IMG/VR virus record: IMGVR_UViG_3300043414_000911
Coordinates: 1-47,552 of that record
Reading direction: 5' to 3' (one strand)
Length of the DNA stretch: 47,552 bases
From: a virus
Taxonomy: Duplodnaviria; Caudoviricetes
Below, in pieces: positions 33,197-40,867 of this stretch. The position numbers and the translations under genes are program-made. The notes below the pieces were generated by a model, which ran no database searches, was not told the DNA's origin, and was given only the letters and a program-made list of their open reading frames with translations. Positions within the stretch are counted from its first letter, which is position 1. Every line of letters starts with the position of its first letter.

Positions 33197-34372
33197 TTAA
33201 GATAAAGTTACAGAAATATCTCTTATCCCAACAGCACCGGGAGACCAGAAAGCAAGTCGAATTGGGATTCCGGCAGTAGCATTAGCATAGAGCGAAACGG
33301 TTTGCGGAGAGGATGAAGGTGCAGAAATTGTTTCGACGCCATTAGAAATAAGCGCACCACTTGTCGAATTATAAAAACCAAATCCCAGTTGAGACGGGGC
33401 TCCTCCAAGAGCAAGGGAGGCTTTAAAACTGAGAGTACCTATAGCAGAAAATGGAACCACGCCAAGATTTTGGTAAAAGAGCTTAAACCCATTAGTAGAA
33501 ACACCCAAAGAGTTGACGCATGCGGGGCTAACGTCATTGGTCAAATCCTGCCCTTGGAACTGTAGAGAGAAATTGCTAAAGGCCCCCAGCGGAATCGTGC
33601 TCACATCGAGGTTGTTCAGGAGTGTGGAAGAGTTCGTCCCATTCTTGGCGCTGATCGATAGGGTTTGGGAGGAACGGGAGTAAGTGTATTGAAATGTCGT
33701 TGCCAGAGATGCGTTGAAATTGAGAGCAGGGTTGTCAAGTGTTGCGGAGTAAACCGCTCCTGCGGTACTTGGACCTTTAAAAATCTGAATGTTCGGATTA
33801 GCCGAGCCAAATCCCTGGAAATAAATCCAACCAAATCCATTCTGGGTCAGGAATGGGGATGGGCCTGTAGCTGGATTCGGATTAAAACCGATTCCCATGA
33901 AATTTGCTCCAGAGGGTCGGACTGTGATGCTGAGAGTGAGGGTGTCGGTGGCTCCCAAAGAAGGAAGCGAGAACGACGCTGCGTGGTAGTCGACAGGAGT
34001 GTTTGAGTCAATCCTAATCTGACCGCTGCCGACTTGGAACGCGCTGTCACTGGTCGTCCAGTTGCCGAAACCGGTAGCCGTGGTGCGACCGTTCAACGCC
34101 CCGTTGTTGGCACTGAAGTCATCCACATAGAATTGACCAACTTGGGATAGCGCCTGAAGATTTGCGTAAAACACGCCATCAGTTGATTTAACAGAATTGA
34201 AGTTTGGCGGCGTGACTTCGCTAAGCCACCCAAATGGAACTCCCTCGTAGTTTCCGCCACCTAGGTCGGTCAGACCTGTAAGGGTGCTAAAGTTTCGGTT
34301 GGTTATCGCAACATTAACGCCACTAACTTTTTTAGTCTGCGTTAAGGATAAGCCTAAGCCGAGTTTCGGCAT
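33197..34372 (-). CDS. virion surface / capsid-attached beta-sandwich protein
   Basis: 'MPKLGLGLSL' N-terminal motif common in phage head-attached proteins; Ser/Thr/Gly/Asn-rich lectin-like body. Confidence 0.6.
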   Translation of the reverse strand: MPKLGLGLSLTQTKKVSGVNVAITNRNFSTLTGLTDLGGGNYEGVPFGWLSEVTPPNFNSVKSTDGVFYANLQALSQVGQFYVDDFSANNGALNGRTTATGFGNWTTSDSAFQVGSGQIRIDSNTPVDYHAASFSLPSLGATDTLTLSITVRPSGANFMGIGFNPNPATGPSPFLTQNGFGWIYFQGFGSANPNIQIFKGPSTAGAVYSATLDNPALNFNASLATTFQYTYSRSSQTLSISAKNGTNSSTLLNNLDVSTIPLGAFSNFSLQFQGQDLTNDVSPACVNSLGVSTNGFKLFYQNLGVVPFSAIGTLSFKASLALGGAPSQLGFGFYNSTSGALISNGVETISAPSSSPQTVSLYANATAGIPIRLAFWSPGAVGIRDISVTLS

Positions 34373-34378
34373 GGCAGT

Positions 34379-34696
34379 TTATCCTACTTTGTAAACTACA
34401 GCCAAACCACTAGTCAGGGTGATTGAACGGATGTCTCCGTAAATCACAGTACCGGCAGGAATGGTGGTCTGCAAAGATGCGGCATTCGTAATCCCAGGAG
34501 CAGTAATAGACGCAACAACGCTTGAGTTAATGAACTGAACTGCTACGAAAGTTCCAGTTCCAGAAGAGGTGGCTCCGGATAGAACAACGGCACCGCTCTG
34601 GCCAAGGGCCTGACGTCCGAGTTCATTCGCTTTGTTTGCTGCCCTTTGGACATCGTCCATGGGTAGGGGTGCTGTGCCTTCGGGATATAGTGCCAT
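34379..34696 (-). CDS. putative capsid decoration protein
   Basis: 'G.F.A.QF.......I','TIPAGTVIYG....ITLTSG....YK' pattern; located downstream of the capsid gene. Confidence 0.55.
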   Translation of the reverse strand: MALYPEGTAPLPMDDVQRAANKANELGRQALGQSGAVVLSGATSSGTGTFVAVQFINSSVVASITAPGITNAASLQTTIPAGTVIYGDIRSITLTSGLAVVYKVG

Positions 34697-34707
34697 AATT
34701 AAACTCC

Positions 34708-35022
34708 TTAAGTTACGGTCGTTACGAGCTGGCCGAAAGCACCTGCCCTATTACATGCTAAAACAAAATCGTTATCGGCACGAGTGTAAGTTCCGACATC
34801 ACCGATCAAACTGGGATTGGCAATCTGAGCATTAGTGACTTGACCCGAACCAACTGCACGTTGGAAGTTACGAACAAAATCATCTTGAGCGGGATAAGCG
34901 CTACTTCCTTGGAGGGTCTCTCCGGAATCCCCACGCAATTGAGCGCGAGTAATTTGTCCAAATTTTAAAGCCCTTCGGAGTTGGCTTACAAACTCGATAT
35001 TTGCTTGGGTTGGTTGTGACAT
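34708..35022 (-). CDS. hypothetical protein made of three internal repeats
   Basis: Three 'A..(D/E)FV....RA...GQ' units. Confidence 0.7.
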   Translation of the reverse strand: MSQPTQANIEFVSQLRRALKFGQITRAQLRGDSGETLQGSSAYPAQDDFVRNFQRAVGSGQVTNAQIANPSLIGDVGTYTRADNDFVLACNRAGAFGQLVTTVT

Positions 35023-35300
35023 AGTTTCTCTCTCCTTCTATTCCTGATAGTTCTTAGTTTGTCAATCTTTCCTCTTACTTTTCTTTCGATAGCTTCAGCG
35101 GATACTCGGATGTTGGCAGCTTCGCACAGCCCTGGAACTTGGTCAAAAAACAAATCAAAATGTAAAGCGGTGAATGAGTTCTTCGGGTCGAGCTTACGGC
35201 CAATAGGTGCGGTGAGGGCGAAGTCTAGATCATGGAGTCCCTGCTCGACAACCGCGCAGACAAACTCTCTCCAGCCTTCGCCCTTCACCTCACGCTTCAC
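34986..35300 (-). CDS. hypothetical protein
   Basis: GTG start directly after the upstream stop; 'AVVEQ.L.D' helical pattern. Confidence 0.6.
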   Translation of the reverse strand: MKREVKGEGWREFVCAVVEQGLHDLDFALTAPIGRKLDPKNSFTALHFDLFFDQVPGLCEAANIRVSAEAIERKVRGKIDKLRTIRNRRREKLCHNQPKQISSL

Positions 35301-35645
35301 TTAAGCCATCTTCCCTTCGGGGGCGACACCCATTTCAACGGCATCGGCAAATCCAGCTTCGGCCGGAGCCTTGCTCATATCTTCCGATTCCATTTCTTTT
35401 TCGGGCATCTCCGCTTCGGCACCTTCGATAGAAACCAAATCCAAAGTTTTGCCACCGTGTTTAAACGTGGCCATAGCTTCGAACGTGTCTCCCTCGACAA
35501 CGCCTTCGGGCGGGGTAAATCCCTTCGGGACTGCAAATGTTGCAATCTTCATATTCTTATCTCCTTTGTTAGGAGCGACAGCAATCACGACCATAGTAGG
35601 ACCACGACCGTGTTTCGCCATACACTCGGGACATCCGCAATTCAT
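35301..35645 (-). CDS. acidic hypothetical protein (alternative start at 35552 with AAAGGAG RBS)
   Basis: ORF directly after the capsid terminator. Confidence 0.65.
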   Translation of the reverse strand: MNCGCPECMAKHGRGPTMVVIAVAPNKGDKNMKIATFAVPKGFTPPEGVVEGDTFEAMATFKHGGKTLDLVSIEGAEAEMPEKEMESEDMSKAPAEAGFADAVEMGVAPEGKMA

Positions 35646-35651
35646 ATTTAT

Positions 35652-35693
35652 AAAAAGAAGGGAGGCGCAGGAATGAAACCTACGCCCCCCTTC
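35652..35693 (-). terminator. intrinsic terminator after the major capsid gene
   Basis: On -: gaaggggggcgtagg-tttcatt-cctgcgcctcccttc followed by ttttt. Confidence 0.85.
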
Positions 35694-35709
35694 AACTTAA
35701 TTACTCAGC

Positions 35710-36933
35710 TTACGAGTAGCAACCAACGAGGCCGAAGTCGGCCGCGCAGCGCTTGTGGCGGATAACCACACCGAGCTCAGGACGAACGGGTTTCGAACCG
35801 GAGCTAAAGATAGCCCGGAAGAATCCGATCGTACCGTCTGGGTTACAATCCCGGCTGGGGATATTCCGCCAGCGGAAGTCACCGCGGTAGCTCTGCGGGT
35901 CAAAGCTAGCAGCTCCGGTGCCGGAGATGGGCTTTGCGACCAGCGAGGTGAACACGTCGGGGTGGAAGATAATAGAATCTTCGTATTCCGCCGTGAAGTA
36001 CGCGGGATTCGGGATGTACCGTGTGCCCTTGGATGCGCTAGCATCGGTGGCATACGGGTTACGACGAACCCAAGCTCCACCGACGAGATCGTAGCGAGGA
36101 GTCATGGTGTCTACCAAGTGGTAGAAACCAGCGTAGCTACGTTCGACGCCGAGGGGCTGAATCAGTTCGCTTGGTTTTGCCCAACGGAGATCCTGACGGA
36201 TGTCCGCGTTGAGCTTGATTAGGTCGTCAGAAGCCTCGGGGGAGGTAACGAGCAAGAACACGGGAGCACCGTTTTCTTTGCCGTATGCATTCTGACCAGC
36301 GCCGTCACGGATCAACCTGGAGTAGAAATAACGCAGGATGCCCTGTGTCAATCGGCTCGTCGGGAGAGCGGAGGTGCTGAATGAACCCTTGGTCTGGCCA
36401 GAAGCCGCCAAAAGTTCACCTTGATTAGCGTTTACGTTGTAGTTAGCGAGACGAACGTATTCGTCACGGTAACGGTTTTCCCAAGCATACTGAGTGTTCT
36501 CAGTCATCACCGCCATGATGTTGCGGAGCTGTTCCTGACGACGAACGGGGAACCGTAGGTCATTCAAGCAGATGTCGGGGGAGTTGATCGCCGCCTGTTG
36601 GAGGTTGTAGGTGCGGAGGGTCTGGGCAAAGCCGAGGTTATCTCCGGTTACAGCGCAGGTTCCGGGTCCGGTGTTCGAGCCAGAGGGGGTAGCCCCGATG
36701 ACTTGAGTTCCGACTCCGTTATACGCAACGTCCGTGAAGCTGATCGAACCACCGGAAGCCGGTAGAGTCCGCTCATAGATCAGAACGTTAACAGTTGTGC
36801 CCATCTCATCTGGCCAAGCCTCTTGCTTAACCAAAGTCGTCCACGGGGACGTGTTCAAAGTCTTCCGATAGATATCCGCACCGATACGGCCGGACTCAGT
36901 AATCAGAAGATTCTCAATATTTGTACATGCCAT
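35710..36933 (-). CDS. major capsid protein
   Basis: 407 aa; strong AAGGAG RBS, downstream terminator, position after portal and scaffold; HK97-like spacing of motifs. Confidence 0.85.
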   Translation of the reverse strand: MACTNIENLLITESGRIGADIYRKTLNTSPWTTLVKQEAWPDEMGTTVNVLIYERTLPASGGSISFTDVAYNGVGTQVIGATPSGSNTGPGTCAVTGDNLGFAQTLRTYNLQQAAINSPDICLNDLRFPVRRQEQLRNIMAVMTENTQYAWENRYRDEYVRLANYNVNANQGELLAASGQTKGSFSTSALPTSRLTQGILRYFYSRLIRDGAGQNAYGKENGAPVFLLVTSPEASDDLIKLNADIRQDLRWAKPSELIQPLGVERSYAGFYHLVDTMTPRYDLVGGAWVRRNPYATDASASKGTRYIPNPAYFTAEYEDSIIFHPDVFTSLVAKPISGTGAASFDPQSYRGDFRWRNIPSRDCNPDGTIGFFRAIFSSGSKPVRPELGVVIRHKRCAADFGLVGCYS

Positions 36934-37145
36934 ATTAGTTATCTCCTTGTTGAAGTAGTGACTGAAGACTTCTCATCACACGATGAGCGTGTCTCTTTGT
37001 CTTTCTTAGTTTAAGAGCCGGCAAGCCCTAGAAGTTAGTTGGATACCCGTTAGCCGTCGGATACCGCGTCGGTGTCATTTAAGCGAAGCCTGTAGGGCGC
37101 AGGCGAGTTAGCCCCATCGCATCGACACCTCTGCCAAAGAACTGA
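36934..37145 (-). ncRNA. candidate structured 5' leader RNA of the capsid gene
   Basis: Longest gene-free stretch in the window; nested complementary segments and a possible pseudoknot (see findings). Confidence 0.45.
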
Positions 37146-37150
37146 GATAC

Positions 37151-37178
37151 GATGTAACTAGTTGATCTGGGGTGTCAA
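37151..37178 (-). promoter_or_regulatory. capsid promoter candidate
   Basis: TTGACA-N16-TACATC. Confidence 0.5.
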
Positions 37179-37182
37179 TACC

Positions 37183-37878
37183 CTACCGTAAAATAGTTTC
37201 TAATTCTTGTCTGTTAGTGTCTAAGCCTCCCCATGACCAAAACTGCCTAACAGTAGGTTTATCCTGTTCGGGGTATCTCCAGTCAAACTTGTCCCGATGG
37301 TGCTTCCAAGCGTATGCCCCTAGGGTATTATACTCACTAAACCTACGGTCAGGCCGAGTGGCCACAAAAGTGTCAAAAGGCACTTTATGGGTAGCTTGGA
37401 GGAAATCCCGCATCTCTTTGTATAACCATCTAGGGAAGGTATGTGGGGGACGACGCATAAACTCAAACTCTGGTTTCCACCCAACAGCTTCTTCCACAAT
37501 GGGTTGCCAAGGACATTCTCCTATCTTATCGTAAGGCTCGTAATACAGGATGGCTTTGCCTTTGTGGATAAAATCCTTGGGAAAAACGTCGTGTAACCAA
37601 ACAGTATCGGAATCAATGTGACAAATGAAATCGGCGTCAGAGTACAAATCAGCGTTTAACTTAGTTACCTGCTGGCCCAAGTAATCCTCTGCATACCTGG
37701 GGCAGATATGTACTTTCTCTAAAGTCAAATGGTTTAGCTCGTGCTGGTCACCATGGGGTACGACAATATGGATCTGACGAAAACCCTTGGCTGACTTAGC
37801 GCAGGACTTCAGGCAATAGGAAAGCCACTCGAAGTCTTTCTTGTAGCTACGGATGAAGAGGTCTACAGAGGCTTGCAT
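37183..37878 (-). CDS. GT-A-fold glycosyltransferase (DUF6492-like)
   Basis: 'LFIRSY.KD..WL..CLKS','IHIVVP','GQQ..KL.AD','HIDSDTV' (DxD motif),'FSEYN.LG.Y'. Confidence 0.75.
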   Translation of the reverse strand: MQASVDLFIRSYKKDFEWLSYCLKSCAKSAKGFRQIHIVVPHGDQHELNHLTLEKVHICPRYAEDYLGQQVTKLNADLYSDADFICHIDSDTVWLHDVFPKDFIHKGKAILYYEPYDKIGECPWQPIVEEAVGWKPEFEFMRRPPHTFPRWLYKEMRDFLQATHKVPFDTFVATRPDRRFSEYNTLGAYAWKHHRDKFDWRYPEQDKPTVRQFWSWGGLDTNRQELETILR

Positions 37879-38516
37879 AAAAGATCGTATTGGGGTCCTT
37901 CCTCGGGAGGAAATGATTCCAATCCGTATCCGAGCTCAGACCTAAGATAAGTGATTAATGAGATAGGGGATTCTCCACGTTGCTGTAAGGCATGTTCGTT
38001 AACCTCAATCCACATGACTGGACGGTGCTTCGTTATGGTTTTCTTAGCACCCTTCAATGCGAATAATTCAAAGCCCTCCACGTCCAACTTAAAAAAATCA
38101 AGCCTAGGTAAATCATAAGAGTCCAAGGACACAACAAAAACAACTCTGTCACCAGAATCAGTTATGCGACTCGACCCAGCGTTATCGGACACAGAAAAGA
38201 ATTGGCTACTGGGTTTATCGCTAAGCCCAGCTTTGATTGTTATCGCAGAGGGGCAATTATAAACTAGGCATTCGTAGGCAGATAAATTGGGTTCGAAGGC
38301 GTAGACTCTTCCAGTAGAACCAACAGCCTTAGCGTAGGCAACGGTATGATCCCCAATAAAAGCTCCGGCATCAACGACGTAATCGCCTTCCTTGATGTGT
38401 TTTAAAATAATTGGGAGAGAATATTCGTCGTGATCCAACTTTCCGGTCTCTTCGACCCAGCGGGAAATATGAGAATCGTTTTCTAAGACTGCTATATTAT
38501 TCGGTAGGATCTTCAC
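37863..38516 (-). CDS. FkbM-family SAM-dependent methyltransferase
   Basis: 'VVDAGAFIG.HT','GRVYAFEPN','LDFFKLDVEGFE..AL.GA..TI....P...IE'. Confidence 0.92.
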   Translation of the reverse strand: MKILPNNIAVLENDSHISRWVEETGKLDHDEYSLPIILKHIKEGDYVVDAGAFIGDHTVAYAKAVGSTGRVYAFEPNLSAYECLVYNCPSAITIKAGLSDKPSSQFFSVSDNAGSSRITDSGDRVVFVVSLDSYDLPRLDFFKLDVEGFELFALKGAKKTITKHRPVMWIEVNEHALQQRGESPISLITYLRSELGYGLESFPPEEGPQYDLLCKPL

Positions 38517-39255
38517 TTCTAGGTTTCCTACGCATTCTACGCTTTTTTGGTTTTACCTCGGGTTCTCCTATCACTTTTAGTTTCTTTGGAGATAGTCGCT
38601 CGCGAAGTCTTTCGATCAAAGTCCCATCCTTATTCTGATGGAACAACAAAGCTTCTTTGCTAACCATAGCATCAACGCTGGCCTGATCTGGGAATGTAAA
38701 GTTACGCCCCTCGTCCTTACGCCAAACGTGCTGGATGGATTTAGTCCAATGGGCTTGCCCAACAATCTGCTCAGCACCAACAACGTCAAACGCAGCAAGA
38801 TCGGCATGTATAAGATTAAACGCTCGTTCCATCACGTTCTTCGGGTAGATAGCATTACCACTCATATGTTCAGGAGTTCCTTCAACTTTCACCTGAGCAC
38901 CCATGAAGTACTGACCACAGGTACGATATTCTGAATCTATTAGATCAAGCCACTTTGGCACTAAAGGGATACAGTCTGGTTCACACCAGAAATATGCCTC
39001 AGGATTTGGCCCCCAAGTAATATGCTGAGCTATTCGCTTGAACAAGTGATTGGGGCTCATAGGCCATCCTCGCTCATCTTGATCGTGCGGTATATACAAC
39101 TCGTAGTTACGGCTCAACTCGGTGGGGTTTGGGACTGCCTTAGCACAAGCAACCATCAAACGATGGCTACCGATTCCGCCTAGCTCTTCGACCCAGTTAA
39201 GCCAGCGAATCGCCTGCTCCCGATCCTGAGGACCGACCGGCAGTACGACCAGCAT
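38497..39255 (-). CDS. putative glycosyltransferase (GT-A-like)
   Basis: 'GWP..PN..F','YFWCEPDC.PL...WL..I..EY','F.G','HM.GNAIY','AFD','FH..K'; ExD in place of DxD. Confidence 0.6.
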   Translation of the reverse strand: MLVVLPVGPQDREQAIRWLNWVEELGGIGSHRLMVACAKAVPNPTELSRNYELYIPHDQDERGWPMSPNHLFKRIAQHITWGPNPEAYFWCEPDCIPLVPKWLDLIDSEYRTCGQYFMGAQVKVEGTPEHMSGNAIYPKNVMERAFNLIHADLAAFDVVGAEQIVGQAHWTKSIQHVWRKDEGRNFTFPDQASVDAMVSKEALLFHQNKDGTLIERLRERLSPKKLKVIGEPEVKPKKRRMRRKPRSEDPTE

Positions 39256-40541
39256 TAGCGACCCATCGATTTTTCGAGAGCTTCTAAGAACCCGACGTTG
39301 GAGGGCAATGAGCCTTCAACAGCGGAATTAGTTTCGCTAGCACCAGCCCCAGGAGTAGCAGCCTGATACTTCTTTAACTGTTGCTTCAACTCAGAAATCG
39401 TAGCGTTGCTCTTGTCAGTCAGGTCACGAACCACCTGCACAGCGAGAGGAAACAACACGGCTTGATATGTAAGCGTTGCCCGTTGTTGGTGGTCGAGCGG
39501 TTGCTTATCCAGATACACCGCCTGATCTCGGAGAGCCTTAATGGTGTTATCCCACTCGGGGGTCTGGCCACGCTTCAGGATGGGGAAGGAATCTTCAAAC
39601 TGATTCCACGTACTTTCAAACGCCACATCAGCCTGACGTTCAAACTTAACTCTCTGCTCTTGCTCAACGGCAGTCTCTTCCTGTTCCATCTTCTGTAACA
39701 CCGTCTGGGATTCTTTGAGCATCTCATCTTTCTTGTTACGGAGCTGCTCGATCTCATCCAACTTGGTCTTAACCGCCCAAGCGTCCATAGCATCAACACC
39801 AGTCATCAAATCCTTGAACTCTGCTTTACGCTGAGCGGGATCTTTGATATCCAAAACTTTGAGAACATCTTTGGTATTTAAACCTTCGTACCCAATAAGA
39901 GTGTCAGCAAGATTCTTCTCGGCTTTGGACAAAGGCTCTCCGACAACCCGCTTGAACTCACGAGTAGATTCCAGTTTAACAATCGAGAGTTGGCTTTCGT
40001 AATCGGAAACAAGTTTGCGAGCTTCTTCCAACTCAGACTTAATTCCTTGGACTTCGTTAGAAGCTTCGGTGTTGCCTAACTTCCTAGACTTCTCCAGCTC
40101 TTGCTTGAGGGTAGAGAGTTCCTGCTCAGCGGCTTTCAAAGCTCTGGACTTAGCAGCAAAAGCAGAGTTAGCGGAAACGGTCGCCTTGCCCGGGAGCTTC
40201 TCCTCTTCCGTCGGTTCATCAGAAATCTTGGCAACTTCTTTTACCTTCTCTGCTTCGGGAGTCAGCATCGAATCAATAAGCTTGCTGGGGGTCTTAATCT
40301 CTGGCGTCTTACCAAGACCGAGATCAGTCGCTTTCTCCTCCTTAGCAGGAGTCTCAGCAACAGGAGCTGTAGTTTCGGATGGAGCCGTAACAGCGGTATT
40401 AGCAATAGGGGCGGGAGTTGCTGGTTGCTCGATGACAGGATTCTGGTGCAGGGGTGTTGCCGAAGCTAGAGGTGCTTCCTCTGACCCAAGCGCTGCGTTG
40501 AGTGCGTCTCCGAGTGATCCGATATCATTAGGTGTTGCCAT
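39255..40541 (-). CDS. capsid scaffolding protein
   Basis: Pro/Ala/Glu-rich disordered N-terminus, long coiled coils; lies between portal and capsid genes. Confidence 0.7.
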   Translation of the reverse strand: MATPNDIGSLGDALNAALGSEEAPLASATPLHQNPVIEQPATPAPIANTAVTAPSETTAPVAETPAKEEKATDLGLGKTPEIKTPSKLIDSMLTPEAEKVKEVAKISDEPTEEEKLPGKATVSANSAFAAKSRALKAAEQELSTLKQELEKSRKLGNTEASNEVQGIKSELEEARKLVSDYESQLSIVKLESTREFKRVVGEPLSKAEKNLADTLIGYEGLNTKDVLKVLDIKDPAQRKAEFKDLMTGVDAMDAWAVKTKLDEIEQLRNKKDEMLKESQTVLQKMEQEETAVEQEQRVKFERQADVAFESTWNQFEDSFPILKRGQTPEWDNTIKALRDQAVYLDKQPLDHQQRATLTYQAVLFPLAVQVVRDLTDKSNATISELKQQLKKYQAATPGAGASETNSAVEGSLPSNVGFLEALEKSMGR

Positions 40542-40561
40542 AGTTTATGTCCCTGTTCTCT

Positions 40562-40843
40562 TTATTGGTTTACGTCTTCCCAAGGTGCTGGCAACTCTTG
40601 TGGCTCAGTCTTGGGAGTCTTAAGGAAATCAATAGCTTTGAGAGCGGCGTACCAACCCTCATTGCGGGAATGAGCCAAAGCTCGAAGCTGAATGCATTCA
40701 CCATTCGCGGGGGCCAACTGATTTAACTGGGGTAATCCGAGATGAATAAGGGCGGTAAGGCCAGCCCGCATGTGAGGCTCGTTCCAGGTTTTCTTCCAGA
40801 GCTCTACGTAATCTTCTCGCTTACTCCATTCTTGGAATGTCAT
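40562..40843 (-). CDS. small conserved protein between portal and scaffold
   Basis: 'A....EG...AL..I..L' pattern and position typical of podoviral Bbp19-like genes. Confidence 0.6.
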   Translation of the reverse strand: MTFQEWSKREDYVELWKKTWNEPHMRAGLTALIHLGLPQLNQLAPANGECIQLRALAHSRNEGWYAALKAIDFLKTPKTEPQELPAPWEDVNQ

Positions 40844-40867
40844 TGATACGTGTATCGCCGAACCAAA

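Noticed and set aside
35697-36080. Alternate-frame ORF over the capsid C-terminus suggesting a T7 10B-like frameshift extension
   Set aside because: It ends only 13 nt past the capsid stop, just before the terminator; no slippery site recognised.
36934-37145. tRNA or a named riboswitch in the capsid leader
   Set aside because: No cloverleaf with T-loop/CCA or recognisable known aptamer consensus; kept only as an unnamed structured-RNA candidate.
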